From assembly GCA_031441465.1 (NCBI GenBank), contig JANOEP010000009.1:1-64000 (forward strand): a stretch of 64,000 nucleotides of DNA, written 5' to 3'. Shown piece by piece: positions 31,546 to 40,868 of this stretch. The notes under the pieces were generated by a model. That model saw only the letters and a list, made by a program, of their open reading frames with translations. It had not been told where the DNA came from and did no database searches. This stretch comes from a bacterium (GTDB lineage: Bacteria > Krumholzibacteriota > Krumholzibacteriia > LZORAL124-64-63). Both the position numbers and the translations under genes were made by a program. The stretch's first letter is position 1, and each line of letters starts with the position of its first letter.

Positions 31546-31887
31546 TCAGCAGCGGAGAACGGTACAGCGTTCGGGTGTGACAGGGTCACAATGAGCGGCG
31601 GTTACCGGCAGGCTTTGGCTGGATTCTGAATAGTCAACATCAATCAGGGCGCAAGGAACGGACAGCCACACTCCTGAATCTGGACCACTAAGACGAAAGA
31701 CATGCCCGGCGGCCACAAACCCGTGGCCGTGATCGTCGTCATGTGAGCTGTCATGTGAGCTGAAGTCCCGGGATTCATCGAAGTGCATTGCCGCCAAGTG
31801 ATTTAAAACGGCTCCGCACGTGAAGATCGATGCGATCCACGCGAGCGCGAGCACGGCGGCGAAGTGTGGGCGTCCCGTTCGTTTCAT
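31546..31887 (-). CDS. Small His/Cys-rich exported protein upstream of czcC (CzcI-like)
   Basis: Signal-like N-terminus, HDSSHDDDHGHG, C-terminal CTVLRC; TATCGT 7 nt before ATG suggests a leaderless start. Confidence 0.55.
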   Translation of the reverse strand: MKRTGRPHFAAVLALAWIASIFTCGAVLNHLAAMHFDESRDFSSHDSSHDDDHGHGFVAAGHVFRLSGPDSGVWLSVPCALIDVDYSESSQSLPVTAAHCDPVTPERCTVLRC

Positions 31888-32066
31888 GCGCGCCACGATA
31901 GGCGAGGTATTTGAAACGCGCAAGGGTACCCCAAGTAATTTCGTGGGAATTTCCGCCATTGGTCGACTGCCGCCGGATGAATGCTGACATGATGGCCTCT
32001 CCCCACTCGATTCACGGCAGCAGTTACGGGACGATGCCGATCGAGTAGATGGGAAGGGCAGACCTG

Positions 32067-33128
32067 CTAGTGGTCATGGCGATGGTGGGCATCGGGTGTG
32101 TGTGGATGATCGTGCTCAATGGTCTCGTGCCGATGCAGGTGAACGTGCGGTTCCGCTCCGTCCACACCCGCGGCATGCTCATGCCGGTGGTGCTCATCAT
32201 CGTGGGCGTGGGCGTGCTCATGCATGAGTGCCTCGTGTCGATGGGAATGCGCGTGGCGCTCGCGCAAGAGCAACACGACTCCGCCGATCATCGCGGCCAT
32301 CGCAGCCATGTCGATCGCCGAAAGCCTCTCGTCCAGGACGACCGTGGCGAGTATGGCGCCCAGGAACGGCGCGGTCGCGAAGTAGGCGGCCTCGCGTGCG
32401 GCGCCCAAAAGGCGCAGGGCGTAGGCGTCGAGCACCACGCTCGCCCCATAGCTGACGGCTCCGAGGGCCGCGGCGGCCAGCACCAGGGACGCGGACGGCA
32501 ATCGCTCTCCGATCGCCAGTCCCAGGCCCAGGTTGACCATGCCTGCCGTCAGGGTCTTGATCCGCACCACCGCAAATGGATCGCGTAGAGACAGTCGCTG
32601 AGTGAGGTTGTTGTCGAGCCCCCAGCAGAGACACGCTCCTGTGATACAGAGGACACCCACCGCGTCGGCGCCGACTTCCCCGGGGCTCGTCTTAAGCACG
32701 CCGGCACCGAGCAACACCAAGACGGCCGCCAGTGCCGTTCGTCGGCCGAGATGCTCCCGGAATACGACCACGGCCAGCAGAATCGTGAACGGAGCCTCGA
32801 GGTTCAGCAATAGCGAGCCGACGACGCCGCGCACCCGGTCCAGGCCGACAAGCATGAGAATTGGGGCGAGGATTCCCCCGGCGACCACGACCCCTGAGAT
32901 GAAGCCGATATCGGCGCGCTTCAGGCTCGCCTCAGGGACGTTTCGCCGAAAGGGCATCGCCAGGCTAATGGCGATCCCGGCCCCGCCGTAAAGAAGGCCA
33001 GCCAGAGTCACGGGCCGAACATCGGCCAGCAGCAGCTTAGCCAATGGAGCACTGAGGCCGAATAGGGCTGCCGCCAGCAAGCCGGCCAAGGCGCCGCTGC
33101 TGCTGATCTTCGAACCGAAAGGAGTCAT
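32067..33128 (-). CDS. DMT/EamA family transporter with His-rich C-terminal tail
   Basis: Ten hydrophobic segments, LLNLE, WGLDNNLT, tail HAHSHRHEALMHEHAHAHDDEHHRHEH...HPHTPDAHHRHDH. Confidence 0.88.
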   Translation of the reverse strand: MTPFGSKISSSGALAGLLAAALFGLSAPLAKLLLADVRPVTLAGLLYGGAGIAISLAMPFRRNVPEASLKRADIGFISGVVVAGGILAPILMLVGLDRVRGVVGSLLLNLEAPFTILLAVVVFREHLGRRTALAAVLVLLGAGVLKTSPGEVGADAVGVLCITGACLCWGLDNNLTQRLSLRDPFAVVRIKTLTAGMVNLGLGLAIGERLPSASLVLAAAALGAVSYGASVVLDAYALRLLGAAREAAYFATAPFLGAILATVVLDERLSAIDMAAMAAMIGGVVLLLRERHAHSHRHEALMHEHAHAHDDEHHRHEHAAGVDGAEPHVHLHRHETIEHDHPHTPDAHHRHDH

Positions 33129-33373
33129 GGTTGGCAACGCGCCTTCGTCACAGGACCGTCGCATGGGGAACCATGGTCACAATAGTCGAGGCCGTTTCCA
33201 GCAACAACAATCCGATCATTGGCCGACGTTCTTAATTCTCGATCCACGGCACCCCCGACAACATGTCCCGTCTGCCACCCGTCAAGCCCCCTTGACCACC
33301 ACCGGCTGCCCATTCGCTGCTTACCGGTCAATTGCCGTCATCCGACCCGAGGACAACGATTGAGTTCTTTCGT

Positions 33374-33404
33374 CCGACACTTCGAGTGGGCGCAGGGTAG
33401 GTAA
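33374..33404 (+). promoter_or_regulatory. Candidate phage-sigma promoter copy 1 (CCGACAC-N14-GGGTAGGTAA)
   Basis: Motif repeated at 48060-48090(-) and 53271-53301(-) with identical spacing; upstream of packaging operon. Confidence 0.75.
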
Positions 33405-33462
33405 CCCATAGAGGCACACATTCCGCCCCGAGCGGAGACCGGGTATCGCCCCAGGAGTGACG

Positions 33463-33765
33463 ATGTTCCGCCGCGAGGCGCTCGTACTTGGCAGGTACAA
33501 GCGCGATCCCAACCGCTGGCAGACCGATTTCGGCCGCTGGGTGGCCGATTTCGGCGTGCCTCGCATCGTCGCCGGCCTCGCCCACGACCCGGACCTGCGA
33601 GTCACCAACCAGGCCGTCTACGAGTGGCTCCAGGGCCATGCCCCCCAGCCGGCCCGAGCCATGGCCCTGGTCGAGATGTCCCAGGGCCGTCTCACCCTCG
33701 AGGCCATCTACGAGCACAGCAGGCAGGTTAAGCAGTCAGAGGGCGACACCGGAGGCCAGCGATGA
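33463..33765 (+). CDS. Cro/YdaS-like small HTH protein (candidate late regulator)
   Basis: VTNQAVYEW..G..P.P.RAMALVEMSQGRLTLEAIY resembles a Cro-like HTH; SD AGGAG. Confidence 0.55.
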   Translation: MFRREALVLGRYKRDPNRWQTDFGRWVADFGVPRIVAGLAHDPDLRVTNQAVYEWLQGHAPQPARAMALVEMSQGRLTLEAIYEHSRQVKQSEGDTGGQR

Positions 33766-34427
33766 GGATCGACCTCCAGATCGATTCCGCCCCGCTCGTC
33801 CTGCGCCTGCAGAACGGCCAGCGCCGCCTGGCCTACGCCGTCGTCAACGCCATCAACAACACAGCCAAGCGGATCCAGGCCGTGGAGCGGCGGCGCGTCG
33901 AGGAAGAGTTCACGGTCCGCAAGAAGGAGTTCATCCAGCGCCAGGCGGCAGTCATCAAGCCGTTCGCCAACGTGCGGCAGGGACGTCCCTTCGCAGAGAT
34001 CGGCGTCGGGCAGAAGCCCCGCCTCCTGCTGTCCGCCTTCGAGCGCGGTGCCGAGCGCAAGCCGTTCACGCAGGGCGCCAGGCGGGTGGCCGAGCCCGTG
34101 GTCGGCGGGCCCGCGCGCCCGCAGTTCAGTCAGCAGGTCACGCCCGAGCTACGCATGGCTCGCCTTCGCTTCGACCCCACCAAGACCGGCCGCCGACGCG
34201 CTGGCGTCACGCGCACCAAGACCTACCTCGTGCCTGAGGTTGGGATCTTCCAGCGCGTCAGCCCCGTCGCGACGCGCCTCGTCTACTTCTTCTCGAAGGG
34301 CAAGAAGATCAAACCGCGTCTGCACTTCGTCGAGACGGCAGAGAAGGAAGCCGACCGTTGGTTTCGCGAGGAGATGGAGCGAGAGGTCATCAACGCCATT
34401 GCCAGGTCGAAAGGAAGCGGACTGTGA
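33762..34427 (+). CDS. Lambda gpZ-like tail completion protein
   Basis: Basic protein with A..NAINNTA, GIFQR, KPRLHF motifs; ATGA overlap. Confidence 0.6.
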   Translation: MRIDLQIDSAPLVLRLQNGQRRLAYAVVNAINNTAKRIQAVERRRVEEEFTVRKKEFIQRQAAVIKPFANVRQGRPFAEIGVGQKPRLLLSAFERGAERKPFTQGARRVAEPVVGGPARPQFSQQVTPELRMARLRFDPTKTGRRRAGVTRTKTYLVPEVGIFQRVSPVATRLVYFFSKGKKIKPRLHFVETAEKEADRWFREEMEREVINAIARSKGSGL

Positions 34428-35107
34428 CAGGGATGTGTATCACCTGCGGAGCGAATCCACGGAAGAAGGGACGCAGGCAGTGCGGCCCTTGCGCCTGGCG
34501 CTCCGAAGACCCGGACAAGGTGCGTGCGCGTCGCAAACGGAGCGGACCGCAGCGTACCGAGTACAAGCGCCGCGTTCGCCGCGAGGCTGGCGCCGAGCCG
34601 ATGGACGTCAAGCGAGCGCGGCGCGCCCAGCGGCACACTGAGGCTGAAGCCAAACGTGCAGAGCGGTTGGTCGCCAACAGCCTCGAGCGCAAGCCGTGGC
34701 TGCGATTCCCCGCGGACAGTGCCGAGAGATACCGGTGCCGCTACGAGAACGATCCCGCCTTCGCCAGGCGCGAACGGGAGCGGGCCATCGTGTTCCGATA
34801 CACACACCCCGATCTCGCCGTGAAGTCCGATCGGGGCAACCACTGGCAGTGGGCTGCATCACGAGCCGACGGATCGGTGACGAGCGCTGTGGTTCGCAAT
34901 CTCCTGCGAGCCAAGCAGTGCTACCTCTGCGGGGTCGATCTGACGCCCGACAACAGGTCCATCGACCATCGGCACGCACTTGCGCTCGGCGGAGCCCATG
35001 CCGCGGAGAACCTGGCCGCGTGCTGTTTGCCCTGCAACCGGGAGAAGGGTGCTGGGGAGAGGCAGATGCGATGCGAACGCGACGGACACCATTGGCAGCA
35101 GCCGTAA
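34424..35107 (+). CDS. HNH endonuclease with N-terminal Cys cluster
   Basis: CYLCG...IDH..AL..GG.H..ENL..CC..CN..KG; GTGA overlap; next to cos and terminase. Confidence 0.85.
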   Translation: MTGMCITCGANPRKKGRRQCGPCAWRSEDPDKVRARRKRSGPQRTEYKRRVRREAGAEPMDVKRARRAQRHTEAEAKRAERLVANSLERKPWLRFPADSAERYRCRYENDPAFARRERERAIVFRYTHPDLAVKSDRGNHWQWAASRADGSVTSAVVRNLLRAKQCYLCGVDLTPDNRSIDHRHALALGGAHAAENLAACCLPCNREKGAGERQMRCERDGHHWQQP

Positions 35108-35119
35108 GTCATTGCAGTT

Positions 35120-35162
35120 AGGTACTTTGGGCCAAAAACACCGCGGGTGGCCGGCGACCTCG
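35120..35162 (+). other. Putative cos packaging site (cosQ-like + cosN-like)
   Basis: GGCCGGCGACCT (35149-35160) matches lambda cohesive end GGGCGGCGACCT at 11/12; AGGTACT 29 nt upstream resembles lambda cosQ GGGTCCT; lies between HNH and terminase genes. Confidence 0.7.
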
Positions 35163-35184
35163 GCCCTCATAGCGTGGGAGAGTC

Positions 35185-36678
35185 ATGAAACAAGTTACCA
35201 CCGACACCAAACGTTCCAGTTCCGAAACGCCCACGAAGGCCACAGACGCGCCCGAAACGGCCGCCACGGGAGATTCCACGGGCCCGGACTCCCCCGTCCG
35301 TCTGCCCGGAAAACTGGAACACTGGAACATCGACCGGCTCCGCCCCTACGAGCGGAACCCGCGAACCCACAGCCCCGAGCAGATCACCAAGATCGCCGCC
35401 AGCCTGCTTGAGTTCGGCTGGACCAACCCGATCCTGGTGGACGGCGACGCCGGCATCATCGCCGGCCACGGGCGGCTCCTGGCGGCCCGCGAGTTGGGGA
35501 TGACTACCGTCCCGGTGATCGAACTCACACACCTGACCGAGGCACAGAAGCGTGCCTACGTCATCGCCGACAATCGTCTCGCCCTGGATGCGGGCTGGGA
35601 CGAGGACTTGCTGGCCGAGGAGTTGAGGGCGCTGGAGGGCCTCGACTTCAACCTCGAGCTGACCGGGTTCGGCTTGGACGAGCTGCACGATCTCCTCGAC
35701 GATGAGACCATCGAAGAAGTCCCCGCTCCGGAACCTCCCGATGAACCCGTGAGCCAGCAGGGCGATCTGTGGATCCTGGGCAACCACCGCCTCTTGTGCG
35801 GCGATAGCTCCGACGCCGCGTCGCTCGATCGGCTGCTGGGCGGCGCCGTGATCCACCTCGTGAACACCGACCCGCCCTACAACGTGAAGGTCGAGCCTCG
35901 GTCCAACAACGCAATCGCCGCAGGGCTGTCGAGCTTCCCGGCGGCCAAGAGCGCAGTGGAAGCCTCCGACGCTCGCGGCATGCACCACCAGGGGTTCGAC
36001 CTGGCCCGCCACAAGACCAAGTCGAAGCCTACCGGCAAGATGCGCGCGAAGGACCGCCCCCTGGCCAACGACTTCGTCTCGGACGAGGCCTTCGACGAGC
36101 TGCTCCTGGCCTGGTTCGGGAACATCGCCCGCGTGCTGCAGCCCGGTCGCTGCTTCTACATCTGGGGCGGCTACGCCAACTGCGGAAACTACCCCCCGGT
36201 CCTGAAGGCATGCGGGCTCTACTTCAGCCAAGCGATCATCTGGGTGAAGGAACACCCCGTGCTGACCCGCAAGGACTACATGGGTAACCACGAATGGGCG
36301 TTCTACGGCTGGCGCGAAGGGGCGGGGCACAAGTTCTACGGCCCGACGAACGCCGTCGATGTCTGGGCGGTCAAGAAGGTCAACCCACAGAGCATGGTCC
36401 ATTTGACCGAGAAGCCGATCGAACTGGCCGTGCGCGCGATCCAGTACTCCTCAAAGCAAGGTGAGAACGTGCTCGATCTGTTCGGCGGCAGCGGCTCGAC
36501 CCTCATGGGTGCAGACCAGATCGGCCGGCATGCGTTCCTCATGGAACTCGATCCCGCCTACACCGACGTGATCGTGATGCGCTGGCAGGAAGCCACCGGA
36601 CAGCAGGCCACGCTCGACGGAGACGGACGCACGTTCGACGCGGTCGCCGCTGACCGCGGGGCTGCTCGGGATGAGTAG
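35185..36678 (+). CDS. ParB-N domain - DNA methyltransferase (N6A/N4C, beta class) fusion
   Basis: NPRTH...FGWTNPIL..IIAGHGR...ADNRL; HRLLCGDS, TDPPYN, H.TEKP, LDLFGGSGST. Confidence 0.9.
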   Translation: MKQVTTDTKRSSSETPTKATDAPETAATGDSTGPDSPVRLPGKLEHWNIDRLRPYERNPRTHSPEQITKIAASLLEFGWTNPILVDGDAGIIAGHGRLLAARELGMTTVPVIELTHLTEAQKRAYVIADNRLALDAGWDEDLLAEELRALEGLDFNLELTGFGLDELHDLLDDETIEEVPAPEPPDEPVSQQGDLWILGNHRLLCGDSSDAASLDRLLGGAVIHLVNTDPPYNVKVEPRSNNAIAAGLSSFPAAKSAVEASDARGMHHQGFDLARHKTKSKPTGKMRAKDRPLANDFVSDEAFDELLLAWFGNIARVLQPGRCFYIWGGYANCGNYPPVLKACGLYFSQAIIWVKEHPVLTRKDYMGNHEWAFYGWREGAGHKFYGPTNAVDVWAVKKVNPQSMVHLTEKPIELAVRAIQYSSKQGENVLDLFGGSGSTLMGADQIGRHAFLMELDPAYTDVIVMRWQEATGQQATLDGDGRTFDAVAADRGAARDE

Positions 36679-36681
36679 GCG

Positions 36682-37245
36682 GTGGCCAGGCAAGCGAAGA
36701 AGGAGTTGATCTCCCAGCGCGAGTACGCTCGTCGGCTCGGCGTCTCCCACGTGGCAGTCCAGCGCGCCGTGAAGACGGGCCGGATCTCGACGGTGAATGG
36801 GAAGGTCGACCCGGCCCAGGCCGACCGGCAGTGGCAGGAGAACACCGACCAGAGCAAGCCCCGCAACCGGATCACCGGCAGCCCCAAACAGGCCCGGACG
36901 CCCGGAGAACCGTCTGAGCCCATGGACATGGGCGTGGCCGACGAGGTCATCGGCGGCACCAACACGGCAACCGGCTATGCCAAGGCCCGCGCCCCCCGCG
37001 AGCTGTACCAGGCGCAACTGGCCAAGCTCGAGCTGGACCGTCAACGCGGCACCCTGATCCGGGCCGACGAGGTCCGCATCGGGGCGTTCAACATGGCCCG
37101 CAAGGCCAGAGACCAGTTGATCGCCCTGCCCGAGCGCGTCGCTGCGCTCTTGGCCGCTACCCAGGAGCCCGCCGAGGTCCAACGCATCCTCGAGGAAGAG
37201 ATCGAGCGGATCTGCCAGGAGGTCGCGGATGCAGAACGGCCGTGA
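36682..37245 (+). CDS. Terminase small subunit (Nu1-like)
   Basis: N-terminal HTH SQREYARRLGVSHVAVQRAV..GRI; coiled-coil C-terminus; overlaps terminase large subunit gene. Confidence 0.8.
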   Translation: MARQAKKELISQREYARRLGVSHVAVQRAVKTGRISTVNGKVDPAQADRQWQENTDQSKPRNRITGSPKQARTPGEPSEPMDMGVADEVIGGTNTATGYAKARAPRELYQAQLAKLELDRQRGTLIRADEVRIGAFNMARKARDQLIALPERVAALLAATQEPAEVQRILEEEIERICQEVADAERP

Positions 37246-39079
37246 CGTCTACGAGACCGCCTACCGGGCGGGCTGGCGCCCCGAGCCGCGGCTGACCGTC
37301 AGCACCTGGGCGGACGCGCACCGTGTCATGGGCAACCGCGCTGGCCACGCGGCGACCCACTGGCGCACGGCGACCACGCCCTACCTGCGCGAGATCATGG
37401 ACGCCCTGGGCCCCCGCTCGCCGGCGCGGCGAGTCGTCTTCATGAAGGGCTCCCAGTTGGGGGGCACCGAAGCAGGCAACAACTGGCTCGGGTTCGTCAT
37501 GCACCACTCGCCCGGTCCGATCCTGGTCCTGCGTCCGACCGTAGACGAAGCCCGGCGCTTCAGCCGGCAGCGCCTGGACCCCATGATCGCCACAACTCCG
37601 GTGCTACACGACCTGGTCCGCGAAGCGCGTTCACGCGACGGCGGCAACAGTCTTCTTATCAAGGAATTCCCCGGCGGGGTCCTGTTCCTCACCGGCTCGA
37701 ACTCGGCGACCGGCGTCAAGTCGATGCCGATCCGCTGGCTCTTCTGCGACGAGATCGACGAGTACCCGGGCGACGTGGACGGCCAGGGCGATCCGATCGC
37801 GCTCGCCGAGAAGCGGACCACCGGCCCGACCTACTCACGGCGGAAGATCTTTCTCGTCTCGACGCCCACGATCAAAGGCATCTCGCGGATCGAACGGGAG
37901 TATCTGGTCTCGGACCAGCGGCGCTACTTCGTCCCCTGCCCTCACTGCGGCAACTACGACTGGATGCGCTGGGAGAACATCCGCTGGATGAACGACGACC
38001 CGAAGACCGCCGTCCTCGCCTGTGTCGCCTGCGGCGTCCTGATCGAAGAGCGGTTCAAGACGCAGATGCTCAGCCAGGGTCAGTGGCGCCCTACGGCTGT
38101 CGGCAACGGCGACACCATCGGGTTCCACCTCTCCAGCCTCTACTCCCCGCTTGGCTGGCTACCGTGGGCGGCAACCGTCGCCGAGTTCCTGGAGTCCAAG
38201 GACAACCCGCTGCGGCTGAAGAACTGGGTCAACAGCGTGCTGGGCGAGACCTGGGAAGAACGCGGGGAGACCGTCGAACCCGGCAGTTTGCTGGCACGGG
38301 CGGAGCGGTATACGGCCGAGGTCCCGGCCGGCGTGGGTGTGCTCGTCGCTTCGGTGGACGTCCAGGGTGACCGCCTGGAGTGCGCGGTGAAGGGCTACGG
38401 CGTCGCCGAGGAGTCCTGGCTGGTCGCCTTCTCCCAGTTCCATGGCGATCCCGGGCGCGACCAGGTCTGGCTCGATCTCGACCGCTTCCTACGGCAGGAG
38501 TTCACCCACGAGTGCGGCCAGAAGGTCCCGATCACCTGCGTGGCCGTCGACAGCGGCGGGCACCACTCCGAGCAGGTCTACCGCTTCTGCCGCGCCCGGA
38601 TCGACCGGCGCGTGTTCGCCGTCCGCGGTGGTTCCGAGCGCGGCAAGCCTCTGGTCGGCCGCCCGTCCGATCACAACCGCTATCGGGCGAAGCTGTTCAC
38701 CCTCTGCGTCGACACGGGCAAGGAGATCGTGTACTCGCGGCTGCGGATCGGGAGCTCGGGGCCCGGCTACTGCCACCTGCCCGAGTGGATCGACGCCGAG
38801 TATGTGGCGCAGCTAACCGCCGAGAAGGCCATCCGCAAGTGGGTGAAGAACCGCGGCACGGTTCGCGAGTGGGTCAAGACCCGCGAGCGCAACGAGGCGC
38901 TCGATCTGGAGGTCTACTGCCTGGCCGCCCTCTACATCCTGGGGCCGGCGTTCGTGAAGTCCCTACCGGAGCGGGCCGCCGCCCTGGCCCACCGGCGCGA
39001 GACGCCGGCGGTGACCGAACCGGAGCCGTCCGCGCCAATACCGCGGCGCCGGGGGTGGATCGATGGGTGGAGGGGATAA
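37229..39079 (+). CDS. Terminase large subunit, lambda gpA family
   Basis: TPYLREIMD, MKGSQLGGTE, DEID.YP...GDP, STPT, CPHC, VDVQ, DSGG, RNEALD..VY. Confidence 0.95.
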   Translation: MQNGRDVYETAYRAGWRPEPRLTVSTWADAHRVMGNRAGHAATHWRTATTPYLREIMDALGPRSPARRVVFMKGSQLGGTEAGNNWLGFVMHHSPGPILVLRPTVDEARRFSRQRLDPMIATTPVLHDLVREARSRDGGNSLLIKEFPGGVLFLTGSNSATGVKSMPIRWLFCDEIDEYPGDVDGQGDPIALAEKRTTGPTYSRRKIFLVSTPTIKGISRIEREYLVSDQRRYFVPCPHCGNYDWMRWENIRWMNDDPKTAVLACVACGVLIEERFKTQMLSQGQWRPTAVGNGDTIGFHLSSLYSPLGWLPWAATVAEFLESKDNPLRLKNWVNSVLGETWEERGETVEPGSLLARAERYTAEVPAGVGVLVASVDVQGDRLECAVKGYGVAEESWLVAFSQFHGDPGRDQVWLDLDRFLRQEFTHECGQKVPITCVAVDSGGHHSEQVYRFCRARIDRRVFAVRGGSERGKPLVGRPSDHNRYRAKLFTLCVDTGKEIVYSRLRIGSSGPGYCHLPEWIDAEYVAQLTAEKAIRKWVKNRGTVREWVKTRERNEALDLEVYCLAALYILGPAFVKSLPERAAALAHRRETPAVTEPEPSAPIPRRRGWIDGWRG

Positions 39080-39445
39080 CGCATGCGCTGGCGAGAAGTA
39101 GGGACTACGCCGGGTTGGGCGAGATGCGCTGCAAGAAGCGCCCCGGCGTTCCCCACTGATGAAGAATCATATCAGATGCATGTCGAATGTTCAACTGGCG
39201 TGAGGCTCTGCGGCGCGCCGGGGGCGCGGGTTTCCGATTCGAGCTCAGAGCTACCGGCCAAAGGACGCCGACTTGGCGTCTCTGCCGCCCAGGAATTGGC
39301 CCCAAATCACCATTCCTCGCGCCAATCGCAAGACGCTGCAAACAATGCATTTATCTGTTGTTTTGCCTTCCCATTCGGCCCAGAAAGCTCGTCACTGTGA
39401 CTGCGGCGGGCACGGGGCCCGGCGCGCCAGAACTAGGAGAACCCC

Positions 39446-39712
39446 ATGACGGTCAACGAGATGATCGAGCGCCTGCAGGAGGTCGCGGGCGACGGCTTTG
39501 GCGAATGCGAGGTGCGCCTCGCCTTCCAACCCAGCTGGCCGCTGCAGTTCGAGATCGGCGGGATCGCGGTCCCCGACGACGAGTCCCGCGGCCAGGGCGA
39601 ACCCGACGAAGAACCGGATGACGCGGCCTCGGTGGTCTACCTCGTCGAGGGCGGCCACCCCAATGGCGACTCCCCCTACGCGCCCGCCTGGGCGTTCGCC
39701 GCGGCGCAGTGA
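39446..39712 (+). CDS. Hypothetical small acidic phage protein
   Basis: SD AGGAG; MTV.E.IE.L...EVRLA.QPSWP motif. Confidence 0.7.
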   Translation: MTVNEMIERLQEVAGDGFGECEVRLAFQPSWPLQFEIGGIAVPDDESRGQGEPDEEPDDAASVVYLVEGGHPNGDSPYAPAWAFAAAQ

Positions 39713-39725
39713 GGAGGCCGATCCC

Positions 39726-39938
39726 ATGGCAACGAATCACGACCGGCCCTCGCGACTGCGCTTCAACGACGGGATGGAGTTCGACCTCAGCGGCGACCTG
39801 CGGGTCGTCCACCGCCGCGACGGCTGGTACGTCGTCGGCCGGGGCATGCTCGTCCCCGTCGCCGATCGCGAAGAAGGCGACCGCATGGTCGCGGAAATGA
39901 ACAACCGAGGAGGCGATAGCGATGCGCTACGGACCTGA
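39726..39938 (+). CDS. Hypothetical small phage protein
   Basis: SD GAGGAGG; phage-like codon use; operon position. Confidence 0.65.
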   Translation: MATNHDRPSRLRFNDGMEFDLSGDLRVVHRRDGWYVVGRGMLVPVADREEGDRMVAEMNNRGGDSDALRT

Positions 39939-40248
39939 CGACAAGTTCTGGGTCGTCGTCGACCCCAAGCCTCACAGCACGCTCGAAGATCTCATGTTTC
40001 GTGCCTCGCTCCGAGACCTGGAGCTGCAGTTCAAGGGCGGGCTGCAGATCGAAGAGAACCCGACGCTCTTCACCGACGAGCAAGCGGCGAAGTACGAGGC
40101 CTACGGGCGGATGACCGCCATGCGGGCCAGCCAGGCCATCCTGCGCGCTGGCCGCGAGAACCCCGACACCCGGATCGATCGCGTGGAGATCTACGGTGCT
40201 GACGGGACGCTGGTGTTCGCGGCGGACATCACGCAGGAGGTCGACTGA
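39922..40248 (+). CDS. Hypothetical phage protein
   Basis: SD GAGGAGG; overlaps previous ORF. Confidence 0.7.
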   Translation: MRYGPDDKFWVVVDPKPHSTLEDLMFRASLRDLELQFKGGLQIEENPTLFTDEQAAKYEAYGRMTAMRASQAILRAGRENPDTRIDRVEIYGADGTLVFAADITQEVD

Positions 40249-40249
40249 C

Positions 40250-40501
40250 ATGGCGACGAACGCGGCGCCGCGATTCGGCTTCGAGGCACACCAAGTGTTC
40301 TGGAACGAGCAGGGCAGCATCGTCTGCGCCTGCTGCCACATCCCCTACCCCGGGACCGACACCTGGATCTGGGAGCGGTGGGAGGAGATCACGCCCGCTG
40401 ACATGGTGGAAATCGACCGCCAGGGCGGGCGCGTGGCGTGCGAGGGCTGCGGCAAAGAGCCCAGCCGGATCGCGCGCCTGACATCAAGCGAGAGGAACTG
40501 A
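40250..40501 (+). CDS. Hypothetical Cys-rich (possible Zn-binding) phage protein
   Basis: SD AGGAGG; CACCH and CEGC motifs. Confidence 0.65.
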   Translation: MATNAAPRFGFEAHQVFWNEQGSIVCACCHIPYPGTDTWIWERWEEITPADMVEIDRQGGRVACEGCGKEPSRIARLTSSERN

Positions 40502-40504
40502 ACC

Positions 40505-40759
40505 ATGAGCAAGACCACGAAGAAGACGACGCGGGCCCGCAAGCCCGCCGCCGAAAAGCCGGCCGCTGAGACCAAGGCCCCGCGCGAGGAGCTCTGCGTG
40601 TTCGCTTTCCGGCTGACCGAGGCCGAGCGGGACGCCATCCACAAGGCAGCCGGGCCGGCGAAGGCCTCGAAGTTCGCGCGCAACCTGCTTGTCGCCGCCG
40701 CGACGAAGGACGACGCGGCGGTCAGGGCGATCATGAAGGAGATCGCGGCCGTAGCCTAG
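40505..40759 (+). CDS. Small DNA-binding protein, ribbon-helix-helix-like
   Basis: VFAFRLTEAERDAIHKAAG...SKFAR..L beta-alpha-alpha pattern; Lys-rich N-terminus. Confidence 0.6.
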   Translation: MSKTTKKTTRARKPAAEKPAAETKAPREELCVFAFRLTEAERDAIHKAAGPAKASKFARNLLVAAATKDDAAVRAIMKEIAAVA

Positions 40760-40780
40760 CTCGCTGGCTCCATCCCAGCA

Positions 40781-40814
40781 CCGACGACCTCTCGGCGACC
40801 CGAGGGGTCTTCGG
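40781..40814 (+). terminator. Stem-loop terminator-like hairpin ending small-gene operon
   Basis: CCGACGACCTCTCGG-CGAC-CCGAGGGGTCTTCGG just after stop; weak U tract. Confidence 0.5.
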
Positions 40815-40868
40815 CTTCAGGGCAGTGAAGGCCTCGCCCCCATCTTCCAGTCTCAACCGCCAGGCCGT

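Noticed and set aside
31739..31762. 12-bp tandem duplication TCATGTGAGCTG x2
   Set aside because: Encodes SSHDSSHD within the His-rich protein; an ordinary coding microduplication.
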